A stretch of 58,127 bases of DNA from a virus: positions 1 to 58,127 of IMG/VR virus record IMGVR_UViG_3300038406_000088; one strand, written 5' to 3'. This document shows, one piece after another, positions 1-8,594 of this stretch (the stretch's first letter is position 1; each line of letters starts with the position of its first letter). Below the pieces are notes generated by a model, which ran no database searches, was not told the origin of the DNA, and saw only the letters and a list, made by a program, of their open reading frames with translations. The position numbers were made by a program, and so were the translations under genes.

Positions 1-127
1 TATAGAGAGAACAATGCAAAGTATCCCTGCAATCCCTGCAATCCCTGCAAGGCGAAGCCCGAAATCCGGTTACAGAAAGTGAGAATTTTGCCGTGGCGAT
101 TCGAGATCTACGACAGCAGATGCCCGT
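1..127. repeat. Terminal overlap identical to 58001-58127 (circular-assembly overlap)
   Basis: Bases 1-127 are repeated exactly at 58001-58127. The length equals a common assembler k-mer size. Confidence 0.9.
24..50. repeat. 3 tandem copies of TCCCTGCAA (same locus as 58024-58050)
   Basis: The string atccctgcaatccctgcaatccctgcaa was read directly. It is the reverse orientation of the TTGCAGGGA repeats at 57722-57942. Confidence 0.9.
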
Positions 128-608
128 GGACGGCGAAGTCAGCGTGAGCCCTTGGGAGTCGATCCTCACCGAGGTACGCCGTTCGGCGTACCGAGCATCG
201 TGGGTCGATGATCGAGTCGAGCAGGAGGCGCAGCGCGAACGCGAGTTGGAAGCGCAGGCGCACGACTGGGACCCCAAAGACTTCGAGATTGCGCGAGCGA
301 GGCAGAGCAGGGAGCTACGGGAGTGGGTCAAGCTCAGCAGGGAAGAGCGCTCGCACGGAGCCCAGGTAGCCCGTGCAGCCGTCTCAGCGGGCCTCTCAGA
401 GCGCTACATCGAGTCGGTGCAGGCGGAGGCACGGAACATCGCGAGCGTGCTCCAGAGGGCCCTACAGGCGGCCGAACTGAGCGATGAGCAGTGGATGGCG
501 GCCACGGCGGAGTTGCGGGTGGGGCTCGCGGAGATGGGGCGCGAGTTGAGCGCAAGGCACTCAAGTATGGGCGGCCGGTTCCCGGAGCGCCCTGGGATCG
601 AATCTTGA
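93..608 (+). CDS. hypothetical protein (Arg/Glu-rich, helical)
   Basis: 171-aa ORF with a GTG start. It is the first gene downstream of the repeat/AT-rich region. No recognisable motif. Confidence 0.55.
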   Translation: MAIRDLRQQMPVDGEVSVSPWESILTEVRRSAYRASWVDDRVEQEAQRERELEAQAHDWDPKDFEIARARQSRELREWVKLSREERSHGAQVARAAVSAGLSERYIESVQAEARNIASVLQRALQAAELSDEQWMAATAELRVGLAEMGRELSARHSSMGGRFPERPGIES

Positions 609-760
609 CAGTGTCTAGAAGGCGCAACTACGAGTGTGCAACTTACCTTTCGAGAATTTTTACTTCCCGCAAGCTAAGTTGCTTGTGATACGCTTGACCT
701 GCTAAAACGCTCCGCCAGCGCGGGAACGCTGCGGAGCAGGCCGACTGATTTGGAGTCAAC

Positions 761-1237
761 ATGAATAAGTATACACGCGATCAGGTCCGATTCTGGGATA
801 CTGTTCTCAAAACGGACACGTGTTGGTTGTGGAAGAAGCCACGTGAAGACGGCTACGGTCGGTTCTTCATGCAAGGCGGATTCCACCAGGCGCACCGAGT
901 GTCCTACGGGTGGGAGCACGGAGAAGTGCCGATCCACCTCGTGGTTGACCACTTGTGTCGAGTGCCCGCCTGTGTACGCCCCTCGCATCTAGAGCCGGTC
1001 ACCAATGCGGAGAACATGCGCAGGGCTGTACGTAAGCCACGCAGCACGGCTCCCAGCGTGGAAGAGCCCGCTGCCAAGCCCCAGCACAACGTGGGATCTA
1101 GGCCCCGGTACTGCACAGCGTGCCTGAAACCAGCTGCGGAGTGCGAGAACATTGTCAAGCGCGTATGTGCACCATGCCGTGAGGAGCACACAGCTAAGGC
1201 AATGGCAGCGCTCAACGCCCGCATGGGCGGTAGATAG
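761..1237 (+). CDS. HNH homing endonuclease
   Basis: Carries DTCWLW..GYGRF..AHRVSY..VDHLCRVPACVRPSHLEPVTNAENMRR, a typical HNH_3/AP2-type signature. Confidence 0.85.
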   Translation: MNKYTRDQVRFWDTVLKTDTCWLWKKPREDGYGRFFMQGGFHQAHRVSYGWEHGEVPIHLVVDHLCRVPACVRPSHLEPVTNAENMRRAVRKPRSTAPSVEEPAAKPQHNVGSRPRYCTACLKPAAECENIVKRVCAPCREEHTAKAMAALNARMGGR

Positions 1238-1276
1238 CCAGCGCGCCCGCCCAGAGCAACGCTGAGCCACGTACAC

Positions 1277-1309
1277 CCAAAGGGGGTCTCCCAGTGAGGC
1301 CCCCTTTGG
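1277..1309. terminator. bidirectional hairpin terminator
   Basis: CCAAAGGGGG-13 nt-CCCCCTTTGG lies between convergent genes. Confidence 0.6.
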
Positions 1310-1388
1310 CGTGCCCCGTACAGGACCATACAGCGGGTATGCAACAGGGGCACCCCATGGCGGGATGCCCCTGTGTGTAGCTATGTGG

Positions 1389-1610
1389 TTACGATCCGAA
1401 CATGCCGGTGTCGATCACGCCGTTGTCCCCCTCGTTGCGCTTGAGTGCGCGACGACGCAGGTCCCTGCGTGAGCGGTCGAAGGCCGCTTGATCTTCGGCT
1501 CGCGCCTTGCGCTTGTCCATCTCGGCGCGCTTGGCGTTGGAGTCACCCTTGGTGCTCTTGATACCCTTCATGACCTTGTCGAACGTGTCGTCTTTCTTCG
1601 CCATCATCAT
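1389..1610 (-). CDS. hypothetical small basic protein
   Basis: 73-aa Lys/Arg/Asp-rich ORF at the end of the leftward operon. Confidence 0.5.
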   Translation of the reverse strand: MMMAKKDDTFDKVMKGIKSTKGDSNAKRAEMDKRKARAEDQAAFDRSRRDLRRRALKRNEGDNGVIDTGMFGS

Positions 1611-1786
1611 GTCCTTTCGTCGTGAACGTCTAGCTTACCACAGCGCGAGGGAGAGCGGTGGTCAGGGTCGGTGTCCGATTTGAAAGGGTTTTTCTTTTTC
1701 GGGCCGATTGTCGGTGCAGAGCCCCTAAATGACCGGCGGGTGATGTCACTACCTCGATCGGCAAGCGCTTACACGTTTCCCCGAAG

Positions 1787-1812
1787 GAGAGGGCCCTTTC
1801 GGGCCCTGTCTC
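1787..1812 (-). terminator. hairpin terminator
   Basis: GGGCCC-tttc-GGGCCC stem sits directly after the stop codon at 1813. Confidence 0.5.
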
Positions 1813-2076
1813 CTACTTGCCGAGGTATTCGCGGCCCTTGCCTGTGAGTTCCCAAGTGACGATTTCGACGCTCACCGTGTAACCGGTCTTGTACGTGTGC
1901 GTCTTGACCCGTTCCGTCTGCACCTCGGTGATGAGGCCAGCTTTCACGAGTGCCTGCCCCGTGGTGACGCGGATGTAGAGGAGATCGTCAGTGGTCAGGT
2001 TCCAGTTGTTCGCGACCTTGCCGGGGTTGTCGGCGATGGTCTGGATGGCCGTGGTCTGCGCCTTCGAAAGCTTCAT
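1813..2076 (-). CDS. hypothetical protein
   Basis: 87-aa ORF with a plausible promoter upstream. Confidence 0.6.
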   Translation of the reverse strand: MKLSKAQTTAIQTIADNPGKVANNWNLTTDDLLYIRVTTGQALVKAGLITEVQTERVKTHTYKTGYTVSVEIVTWELTGKGREYLGK

Positions 2077-2114
2077 GGTGTTCCATCCTTACGTCGTTGA
2101 TCTTTGTAATACCA

Positions 2115-2144
2115 ACTCTAGCAGCCCCTTACCGACATCTGCAA
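2115..2144 (-). promoter_or_regulatory. putative SigA-type promoter
   Basis: The minus strand reads TTGCAG-N18-TAGAGT. Confidence 0.4.
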
Positions 2145-2167
2145 GGGGCCACCCGAACTTTCTCAGA

Positions 2168-2464
2168 TTACTTTCCGTCAGGATCTTGACCTGCGGTTTC
2201 GTCCAGTTTCTGGTCTGCCAGTCCTCGCAGGAGCTTCACGACGTACTCGGCTCCCTTGGCTTGTGCCTTGGTGAGCTTGGTACTGGACGCTTCCCAGTTG
2301 AACTCTTCCAAGATCTCCACGAGCCGGATCGCGTGGTTTTTGTGAGCCAGCTTCTCAAGCTGGTCGATCCGCGTATGGTACCGCTTGATCTGGTCTTCGG
2401 ACTGCTTGCGTTCGAACGCGATCACCTTGTACAGGGGCTTCTCGGTTTCGGTTTCCTCTGTCAT
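2168..2464 (-). CDS. hypothetical protein
   Basis: Start chosen at MTEETETEK, downstream of the hairpin at 2485-2510. The ORF track extends to 2512. Confidence 0.5.
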   Translation of the reverse strand: MTEETETEKPLYKVIAFERKQSEDQIKRYHTRIDQLEKLAHKNHAIRLVEILEEFNWEASSTKLTKAQAKGAEYVVKLLRGLADQKLDETAGQDPDGK

Positions 2465-2484
2465 CGTCTGCCATTTCGTCTGGC

Positions 2485-2510
2485 GCGGACGGGCCTTTCG
2501 GCCCGTCCGC
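2485..2510 (-). terminator. hairpin (terminator/attenuator)
   Basis: GCGGACGGGCC-tttc-GGCCCGTCCGC forms an 11-bp stem. Confidence 0.55.
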
Positions 2511-2514
2511 ACAC

Positions 2515-2748
2515 CTAGTCGGTTACCCGAATTTCGCGCATGAACCGGAGGATCTCCTGCTGGTCTTCGTGGGCGAGTGCTGAACGCGACATGCAGGTTT
2601 CAACAACAGCGTACGCACCAGCGGGGCGCATGTACTTGCTGAGTCCGTCGAACAGGAGGAAAGCGGCGACTGTTGCGGCGTCGGTACCCTTCGCGGCGGC
2701 GATGTAGAAACCGGACTTCAGTTCAGTGGCCTTAGACATGTCAATCAT
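2515..2748 (-). CDS. hypothetical protein
   Basis: 77-aa ORF downstream of a promoter. Confidence 0.55.
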   Translation of the reverse strand: MIDMSKATELKSGFYIAAAKGTDAATVAAFLLFDGLSKYMRPAGAYAVVETCMSRSALAHEDQQEILRFMREIRVTD

Positions 2749-2779
2749 CCTCGCGTCGTTGATCGTTGCTTACCTCCAA

Positions 2780-2808
2780 AGCCTAACACCCGCCCGCGCT
2801 GAGCGCAA
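2780..2808 (-). promoter_or_regulatory. putative SigA-type promoter
   Basis: The minus strand reads TTGCGC-N17-TAGGCT. Confidence 0.45.
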
Positions 2809-2942
2809 CCTTTCTAGCAAGATTTCTCGTGGAAAGTTTCCCTACCCCGGTGCGCACGGTAACACACCGAGCCGAAAGAGAAGGCCCAACCTCACGGACG
2901 GGCCCTCTCCGAGTGCACACCTACATGCACTTCGAGCTTACC

Positions 2943-3146
2943 TCACGCTTCGACCGGCCGCGCGATGATCACGTGGTTCCCGCCGTTTTCTTCATCGGGA
3001 ATGCTGTGCTGATGCGAGCCGTAGTCGACAGCGAAGCTGATCGTGTACCCGACCGCGCCCGCGCACTCTGAGCAGTAGTCCGGTGCTTCGGGGTCGATAG
3101 GGTGCGTGGTCTCGATAGACCATTCGCCTACGATGGTGGTGTACAT
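2943..3146 (-). CDS. hypothetical protein
   Basis: 67-aa ORF in the leftward gene train. Confidence 0.45.
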   Translation of the reverse strand: MYTTIVGEWSIETTHPIDPEAPDYCSECAGAVGYTISFAVDYGSHQHSIPDEENGGNHVIIARPVEA

Positions 3147-3155
3147 GCGCCTATT

Positions 3156-3530
3156 CTACCAGGCCAGAGGCCAATCGGCGGGGCGATGGTGGTTGACTTC
3201 GGCATGGAGTTTCGCGGCGTCGTGCGGCAGTAGCTCAGTCTGGAAGTAGCAGACGCATGTACTGCAATACACACCGTAGCTCCCATCTCCAAGTGGGTCT
3301 GCTCGGAACTCCCGAGGCTTGTACACGCGCTTGTACCCGTGGTAGCGCATGAAGCTGTCCATGGCATCCGGTTCGATACGCCTTGCGGTCTTGAACGGCA
3401 TACCGGTTCGGCTGTCGATCTCCCACCACGGGATTGACACGCCGTCACTGTCGAAGGTCATCTCAGGCAGTTCGGGGGTATCCCAGTTGTCAGGGTCATT
3501 CTGGTACCCGATGATCTCAGGCTTGCCCAT
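3156..3530 (-). CDS. hypothetical protein
   Basis: Start chosen at MGKPEIIGY. The longer ORF (to 3665) would overlap the upstream gene. Confidence 0.5.
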   Translation of the reverse strand: MGKPEIIGYQNDPDNWDTPELPEMTFDSDGVSIPWWEIDSRTGMPFKTARRIEPDAMDSFMRYHGYKRVYKPREFRADPLGDGSYGVYCSTCVCYFQTELLPHDAAKLHAEVNHHRPADWPLAW

Positions 3531-3699
3531 CCCAGTCCCCTTCCAGGTTGATAGGCTCGGAAGGGGTCGAAACGTGGTACCAGCGCTCAACGTTGGTGAT
3601 CTCGGCATCCATCCAGTTCCCGAGCATGGAGAACAGGGGGCCAGGGATCTTGTCGCCGTTCTCATCGCGGAGCGTGAGACGGAAATGTGTCTGTTCCAC
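3517..3699 (-). CDS. hypothetical protein
   Basis: GTG start after an AGAAGGTGGGAAG ribosome-binding site, overlapping the upstream stop by 1 nt. Confidence 0.45.
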   Translation of the reverse strand: MEQTHFRLTLRDENGDKIPGPLFSMLGNWMDAEITNVERWYHVSTPSEPINLEGDWDGQA

Positions 3700-3965
3700 T
3701 ACTTCCCACCTTCTGCGGGTAGCTGCTTGAGTCGATAGTCGATCTCGCGCCACACCACGTTGAGCGCGTCAACGGCTCCGGTGCGGTACTTTCCACCTTT
3801 GGTGTTGGCCTGGTCGCGTTTGATGTCAATCCAGTCTTGCAGGGATTCAAGTTCGGAGCGGGTATCGTTCACTTCCCACCCCCGTTCGGCTTGGGGTTGC
3901 AGGTCGGGCAGAGCGAAGAGCAGGCTCCGCAGCGTGTGTTCGTCATGATCGTGTCCTCTCGTCAT
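3699..3965 (-). CDS. hypothetical protein
   Basis: ATG start at MTRGHDHDE. Confidence 0.5.
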   Translation of the reverse strand: MTRGHDHDEHTLRSLLFALPDLQPQAERGWEVNDTRSELESLQDWIDIKRDQANTKGGKYRTGAVDALNVVWREIDYRLKQLPAEGGK

Positions 3966-4021
3966 GGAGTCTTTGGTCCAGTATAGCAAAACCCCGCACC
4001 TCTCGGTACGGGGCCTGTCTG

Positions 4022-4348
4022 CTAGTTCGACTTGGCGTAGATGCCTTCCGAGTGCCAGGTGGCGAAATACTGGGCCTCTTCGAGCGTGTCGAAGATCTTG
4101 TCAGGCTGGATGTTGCTGCCGCTGTAGCTGCGAATCTGGCCGTTCACGTAGCACCGGAGCGCGTAGCGCTGGGGCTCGATGTGGTGGGGAGCTTTCCCCC
4201 ACGGCCGGATGGTGAACTGGTGGGGAGTGATCCCCTTGACATCGCTGGTGCCGCTGACGGAGGTAGCCCCTCCGTTGAACTTGGACCAGATGATGTGATC
4301 CCGAAGTTCGTAGTTCTCGGGAATCGCGAAGCCGATACGGTTCGTCAT
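4022..4348 (-). CDS. hypothetical protein
   Basis: 108-aa ORF with an AAAGGA ribosome-binding site upstream. Confidence 0.6.
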   Translation of the reverse strand: MTNRIGFAIPENYELRDHIIWSKFNGGATSVSGTSDVKGITPHQFTIRPWGKAPHHIEPQRYALRCYVNGQIRSYSGSNIQPDKIFDTLEEAQYFATWHSEGIYAKSN

Positions 4349-4403
4349 GATCGTTCATCCTTTGTCTTTGTTCTACCCTGTTGTCTTGTAAGAACAACGA
4401 TAG

Positions 4404-4434
4404 CACCCCCTGAACGGTGTTGTCCAGGGGGGTG
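4404..4434 (-). terminator. hairpin terminator
   Basis: CACCCCCTG-12 nt-CAGGGGGGTG lies after the stop at 4467. Confidence 0.45.
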
Positions 4435-4466
4435 TCAGATATTTCTTTTCGGTTGTGTTTTCCCAG

Positions 4467-4793
4467 CTAGACGCCGTGTTCCTCTTCCAGTTCCTCGGCG
4501 AGATCGATCAGGTAGTACACATCGTCAGCACTTCCGCCGTCTGCCTTGATCGCCTTAACGCGTGCGCGGATCATCTTCGGCAGGCTGTGCCCAAGGACAT
4601 CAAGCACACTTTGCTGCAATATTTCCTGGTCAGTTCCGTCGATCGCATACGTCAGTAGATGATACGGGGGCTTATCCGGGCCGCGAAGCACGTTGTTCCA
4701 CAGGTGTTCGGCCGCTTCATCGAGTGCATCTTTTCCGAGGTATGAGTACGGCATGTCTTTGACGTCGATTGGACGCTGTTTGCGCTTCGCCAC
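4467..4793 (-). CDS. hypothetical protein
   Basis: GTG start chosen just after the upstream stop. The ORF track start is 4826. Confidence 0.5.
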   Translation of the reverse strand: MAKRKQRPIDVKDMPYSYLGKDALDEAAEHLWNNVLRGPDKPPYHLLTYAIDGTDQEILQQSVLDVLGHSLPKMIRARVKAIKADGGSADDVYYLIDLAEELEEEHGV

Positions 4794-4795
4794 GG

Positions 4796-4978
4796 CTACC
4801 CCCGCTTCGGCTTGTGCGTGAGCCAACTGCGCTTGACCCGGTCGTACGCTTCGTATTCGACGTTGTCAGCGACGTCTTTGCGCCCAGCGGGGGCCGCGAA
4901 CGGCGTCCAGGTCGACGCCGGTCGCGCGGGGGCAGACTTGGCCTGCCCGTAGTCGCGCTTCGGGACTTTTCGAGCCAT
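4796..4978 (-). CDS. hypothetical protein
   Basis: 60-aa basic ORF. Confidence 0.45.
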   Translation of the reverse strand: MARKVPKRDYGQAKSAPARPASTWTPFAAPAGRKDVADNVEYEAYDRVKRSWLTHKPKRG

Positions 4979-4981
4979 GAT

Positions 4982-5176
4982 TCACTCCTCCGTGTCGGTG
5001 TTGGCAGGCATACGCTCCAGAACACTCTGGAGACGTTCGCGGGTGTTCTTGAGGTAGCCCTTAGTGGCGTCGGTGTTGGGGAGCGAACCAGCTCGGAGGC
5101 GCAGGCTCATGACTTCCGATGCGACCAGGGCGCGAACGTCCGAGGCCTCTTGATCGGTCAGTTCGATGTTTACCAT
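4982..5176 (-). CDS. hypothetical protein
   Basis: 64-aa ORF. TAGGCT -10-like element upstream at 5208-5213. Confidence 0.55.
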   Translation of the reverse strand: MVNIELTDQEASDVRALVASEVMSLRLRAGSLPNTDATKGYLKNTRERLQSVLERMPANTDTEE

Positions 5177-5278
5177 GTCTTGTGTCCTCTCATCGTGTGT
5201 CCGGTTGAGCCTAACACCCCCCTCACGGAGGTCCGCAAGGGGGTGTCGAGGTTTTCTCAGATTGTGTGTTTGTGCAGG

Positions 5279-5551
5279 TCAGGGAACCATTCCCAGCGCC
5301 TTCGCGGTGTCGCACGGCCACGGAACGCCGTGGGCGTCCGCATCTCCGCACGTCGAGCAGGCCGGTTCGATGTAGCCGTATCGACCGTCAGGCAGCTCCC
5401 CCTGCACGCCTTCGAGGACGGGCGTATGCAGTCGCAACGCCGCGTCGATCATCGCCTTAGCTTCGGCAAGCTCGGCTCGCAGCGTCTCGGTGGGCATCGG
5501 GAAGTTGTACATGGGACCCGAGTCGCGGGTGGGGTACTTTCGTTCGGTCAT
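5279..5551 (-). CDS. hypothetical protein
   Basis: 90-aa ORF. Confidence 0.55.
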   Translation of the reverse strand: MTERKYPTRDSGPMYNFPMPTETLRAELAEAKAMIDAALRLHTPVLEGVQGELPDGRYGYIEPACSTCGDADAHGVPWPCDTAKALGMVP

Positions 5552-5561
5552 TGGTCGTCTC

Positions 5562-5723
5562 CTAGTAGTTCGGGGTTTTCCAGTAAATTTCAGAGATGAG
5601 TTCGTCGCGCTCTTTGCGCGCCTCGTCGCGTTCGCGTCTCAGCTCGTCGCGCTCCGCTGCGAGGTCGGCGATCATCCGCACGTGACCCTCGTTGCCAGCC
5701 CTGAGCATTTCGAGTTCGGTCAT
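5562..5723 (-). CDS. hypothetical coiled-coil protein
   Basis: Start at MTELEML after an AAAGGA ribosome-binding site. Glu/Arg-rich. Confidence 0.5.
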   Translation of the reverse strand: MTELEMLRAGNEGHVRMIADLAAERDELRRERDEARKERDELISEIYWKTPNY

Positions 5724-5794
5724 GTCGTTGTCCTTTGGTCTTGAATCGAATGCCGGACCCCGAAGGGTCCGGCTCCCCCGATGATGTTGCGAGA

Positions 5795-6250
5795 TTAAGC
5801 GTACCACTTGTCTGTAGAAGTCAAGACGTACCGCAAGGGCGAACGGCACCGACCGCAAACGTGCATGTCCATGTTACGGTTTTTACGGTGCCGGGGTCCG
5901 AAATCATGCCCGTTGGTGCACATGAGCTGGTACTTTGCTTCGGGCATTTTCACGCTGGCGTCCGCGCACCGCTGGGGTTTCGCCCCGACCTTGCGTGCCA
6001 TCGCACACCACTTCGGGCCGTGACCGTGACCAGGACCTACCAGAGCGTGCGCAATCTCGTGCAGGATCGTCTCATGCACCTCCGCAGGCGTGTTCAGCTC
6101 GACATAGTAGCGGGACAGCGTGATCCGTTTCTTGTTGAAAGTGCACTGCCCGCAACGGCGCTTGGCGTTGTCGAAGGCGAATGACCAGCCGTCAAGCTGG
6201 TACAACTCCATCATGTTGTGAGCGTGCATCGCTGCGTTATCGAGATCCAT
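5795..6250 (-). CDS. SprT-like zinc metallopeptidase
   Basis: HEIAH (HExxH) motif plus a C-terminal Cys/His zinc ribbon. Start at MDLDNA after a GGAAGGA ribosome-binding site. Confidence 0.7.
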   Translation of the reverse strand: MDLDNAAMHAHNMMELYQLDGWSFAFDNAKRRCGQCTFNKKRITLSRYYVELNTPAEVHETILHEIAHALVGPGHGHGPKWCAMARKVGAKPQRCADASVKMPEAKYQLMCTNGHDFGPRHRKNRNMDMHVCGRCRSPLRYVLTSTDKWYA

Positions 6251-6281
6251 CTTGCATCCTTCCGTCTTCGGTCTTGTCTCG

Positions 6282-6311
6282 ACAGTACACGACGCTTGCG
6301 AGCCTGCGCAA
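6282..6311 (-). promoter_or_regulatory. putative promoter of the leftward early operon
   Basis: The minus strand reads TTGCGC-N18-TACTGT. Confidence 0.45.
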
Positions 6312-6320
6312 CGGGGTGGC

Positions 6321-6349
6321 TTGCGCAATCTTCGAGGCAGGTGTATCGT
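6321..6349 (+). promoter_or_regulatory. putative promoter of the rightward small-gene operon
   Basis: TTGCGC-N17-TATCGT, divergent from the promoter at 6282-6311. Confidence 0.5.
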
Positions 6350-6380
6350 GAGACATACGACCACGACGAAAGGACCAACG

Positions 6381-6638
6381 ATGACAGTCAAGCTTCACGA
6401 ACTCCCGGCTCCGATCCGCAAGGTTATCGCGGCCAGTGAGCACGCGGCGCACCTCGCTTACGCGGACGCTCTCAACCACGAGACCACCGACTATGACGAG
6501 ACGTTCGCCCGCGTGCACTTCTCGTACACCGACATGTGCGAGCAACTCATGGTCTGCTACACGTACGGCTGCTACGAGCGGACCGACCTCGGGCAGTACT
6601 GCGACAAGCACAAGGCGCACGAGGTGATGGGACTGTGA
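6381..6638 (+). CDS. hypothetical protein
   Basis: ATG after a GAAAGGA ribosome-binding site. Cys/His-rich C-terminus. Confidence 0.55.
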   Translation: MTVKLHELPAPIRKVIAASEHAAHLAYADALNHETTDYDETFARVHFSYTDMCEQLMVCYTYGCYERTDLGQYCDKHKAHEVMGL

Positions 6639-6817
6639 GCGGCGTCAAGACGGACGGTTGGGAACTTGACCCCAAGCAGATCCGCAAGGTCATGGCGACC
6701 CTGTCCGATGATGAACTGCACGCGAACCTGAGCCACACGTGGCCGCGAATCAGGGAAGCTGCCGAAGCCGAAGCGGCTGCCCGGTGGGCCGAAACGATCA
6801 TGCCGAAGGATGCCTAA
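6635..6817 (+). CDS. hypothetical protein
   Basis: GTGA start/stop overlap with the upstream gene. Confidence 0.45.
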   Translation: MSGVKTDGWELDPKQIRKVMATLSDDELHANLSHTWPRIREAAEAEAAARWAETIMPKDA

Positions 6818-7218
6818 TGGGGATGTACACGCAATTGATGTTCAACGCTGAACTGCGGAAGGACACGCCGGACCAGGTGATTTCCCTTCTCGAATTCATG
6901 ACCGGGGATGAACGATACGGAATTGCTCCGAAAACTCCGGAACACACGCTTTTCGACACCGAACGATGGACGTTCATGCTGGTCAGTTCCAGTTACTACT
7001 TCGAACCGAATGCGTCGAAGACGTTCTTCCGCAAGGACGAAATCACAAAGTCGTATCACTTGTCTGTGCTTTGCGACCTGAAGAACTACAGCGGGGAAAT
7101 CGAGGCGTTCCTTGATTGGATCATGCCGTACTTGGACGACTCCAATCGCCGGGTACTGGGGTGGACCTGGTACGAAGAGAACGACGAACCCACCCTGATT
7201 CGAACGGAAGAACGATGA
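6817..7218 (+). CDS. hypothetical protein
   Basis: TAATG overlap with the upstream gene. 133 aa. Confidence 0.55.
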   Translation: MGMYTQLMFNAELRKDTPDQVISLLEFMTGDERYGIAPKTPEHTLFDTERWTFMLVSSSYYFEPNASKTFFRKDEITKSYHLSVLCDLKNYSGEIEAFLDWIMPYLDDSNRRVLGWTWYEENDEPTLIRTEER

Positions 7219-7448
7219 GCTACCCGAAGACGTACACGCTGCACCGGATCACGCCCGATGGCGTCGAGAAAGTGCAGAAAGACCTGACGATGCCGCAGGC
7301 ACGCGTTGCGCTGCGCTACGTGCTCACCGACAACAACGCGACCGACTACGAGAGTGCTCGGGACGCCGCTTCATCGATCCGCATGACCGGCGAGCGCCTG
7401 GAACGCTACGGGTATACGTTCTGGGTGGAACGGGAGCGGCAGGCATGA
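7215..7448 (+). CDS. hypothetical protein
   Basis: ATGA overlap with the upstream gene. Confidence 0.55.
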   Translation: MSYPKTYTLHRITPDGVEKVQKDLTMPQARVALRYVLTDNNATDYESARDAASSIRMTGERLERYGYTFWVERERQA

Positions 7449-7615
7449 CCGAAGACGAACGACTGGCTGAACGGGCGCGCCGCATCCACGGTGACAACCC
7501 GTTCAGCCCTGAGAACATGGCGCGCGACTCGAAACTGAAAGGCGTCGAGCGGGATGCTGTTCCGGTCGAACGGACCATCGATGCACTGAAACGACACAGG
7601 GAAGAGGACGAATGA
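7445..7615 (+). CDS. hypothetical protein (56 aa, below ORF-track cutoff)
   Basis: ATGA overlaps at both ends. Translates as MTEDERLAERARRIHGDNPF... Confidence 0.45.
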   Translation: MTEDERLAERARRIHGDNPFSPENMARDSKLKGVERDAVPVERTIDALKRHREEDE

Positions 7616-7800
7616 CGGACATGACCGAAGACGAGTACGTGTACCAACCGACGATGTACATCGTCGAGCTGACGCGAGAAGACGCGATCAACCTTGTACA
7701 CGCCGCGCACACGCACGCTGAGCGGCTGATACCGGTCGAATCCAAGCGACTGGTGGACAGCGCCAACCGCTTGGCGAGCCAGACCGTGCACTACAGCTAG
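7612..7800 (+). CDS. hypothetical protein
   Basis: 62-aa ORF. Confidence 0.5.
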   Translation: MTDMTEDEYVYQPTMYIVELTREDAINLVHAAHTHAERLIPVESKRLVDSANRLASQTVHYS

Positions 7801-7807
7801 CAAACCG

Positions 7808-8104
7808 ATGACGTACCACTGGGCTCACGCGCACTACGCGAAAACACAGCACGCGTACAAGAACCAGATTCCCGGACTTCCGTCCGCGTGTGGGCGTGGC
7901 AGGTTTCCCCAGGACGCCGCCACGCCCACCATTCCCGTACCGGCGTGCAAGTGGTGCTCCGCGATCACCAAACCACCGAACGCGGAGACGTTGGGCGGAT
8001 CGTTTGAGAAGGGATACCCATGGGCACAGCACAGCGACTGGCACCGGTCGCGGGCCGGAAAGCAACACCACTTGCCCGAACCGCGTTCGCGGTATGGGGA
8101 CTGA
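7808..8104 (+). CDS. hypothetical protein (uncertain)
   Basis: 98-aa ORF with Cys pairs. Its 3' end overlaps the better-supported start at 8020 by 85 nt. Confidence 0.3.
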   Translation: MTYHWAHAHYAKTQHAYKNQIPGLPSACGRGRFPQDAATPTIPVPACKWCSAITKPPNAETLGGSFEKGYPWAQHSDWHRSRAGKQHHLPEPRSRYGD

Positions 8105-8196
8105 TGACCGAAGTCGTCGGCGCGACCTTAGTCGTCGGCACATTGACCGTAACCGCGCTAGCGTCCGCCGCAACCGGCCTCGCGCTGGCGATCTGA
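8020..8196 (+). CDS. small membrane protein (58 aa)
   Basis: GAGAAGGGA ribosome-binding site. Hydrophobic C-terminal half, read by hand. Confidence 0.4.
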   Translation: MGTAQRLAPVAGRKATPLARTAFAVWGLMTEVVGATLVVGTLTVTALASAATGLALAI

Positions 8197-8202
8197 GAGG
8201 AT

Positions 8203-8496
8203 ATGAGCATGACAGAAGACAAGCAACCCGATGCTACTGACCATGCGTTCGCGCTGGTTGAACACGTCAACAAGTTCGCGAAGATCGCGCCGACGATGGC
8301 GGCGTGGGAACACGACAGGTCCGCGCTCGCCGAGCACCATGTGTCAGCGGCACGTGCGATCGTGTCTGGTGGTACCGAGCTACGCAAAGTGCTGTGGGCG
8401 CTTGAAACCGTGGCAGAGAACATCGTCAAGGCGCATGACGATGCGCAGGAGAAGCGCCTTGACGCGTTCTTCGAGACCACTATCGAGGGAGTGTGA
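8203..8496 (+). CDS. hypothetical protein
   Basis: 97-aa ORF with a GAGAGGA ribosome-binding site. Confidence 0.55.
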   Translation: MSMTEDKQPDATDHAFALVEHVNKFAKIAPTMAAWEHDRSALAEHHVSAARAIVSGGTELRKVLWALETVAENIVKAHDDAQEKRLDAFFETTIEGV

Positions 8497-8594
8497 ATCC
8501 CGAGGTGCTTGCCACGCTTGTCGGGCTGCTCGCCATGATCCTGTTCGTACTCGTCTGCTACATCATCGAAGCGGTTTGGAACCGGCGACGATGA
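8493..8594 (+). CDS. tiny membrane protein (33 aa)
   Basis: GTGA overlap with the upstream gene. One hydrophobic helix. Confidence 0.35.
   Translation: MNPEVLATLVGLLAMILFVLVCYIIEAVWNRRR

Noticed and set aside
93-608. Calling gp93-608 or gp8979-9212 the small terminase
   Set aside because: The only support is positional (first gene after the repeat array, and last HTH gene before terL). No diagnostic motif is visible, so both are left as a hypothetical protein and an HTH protein.
7890-8240. 116-aa ORF rich in Arg/Pro/Gly
   Set aside because: Its composition looks non-coding. It overlaps the better-supported frames at 7808-8104 and 8020-8196.
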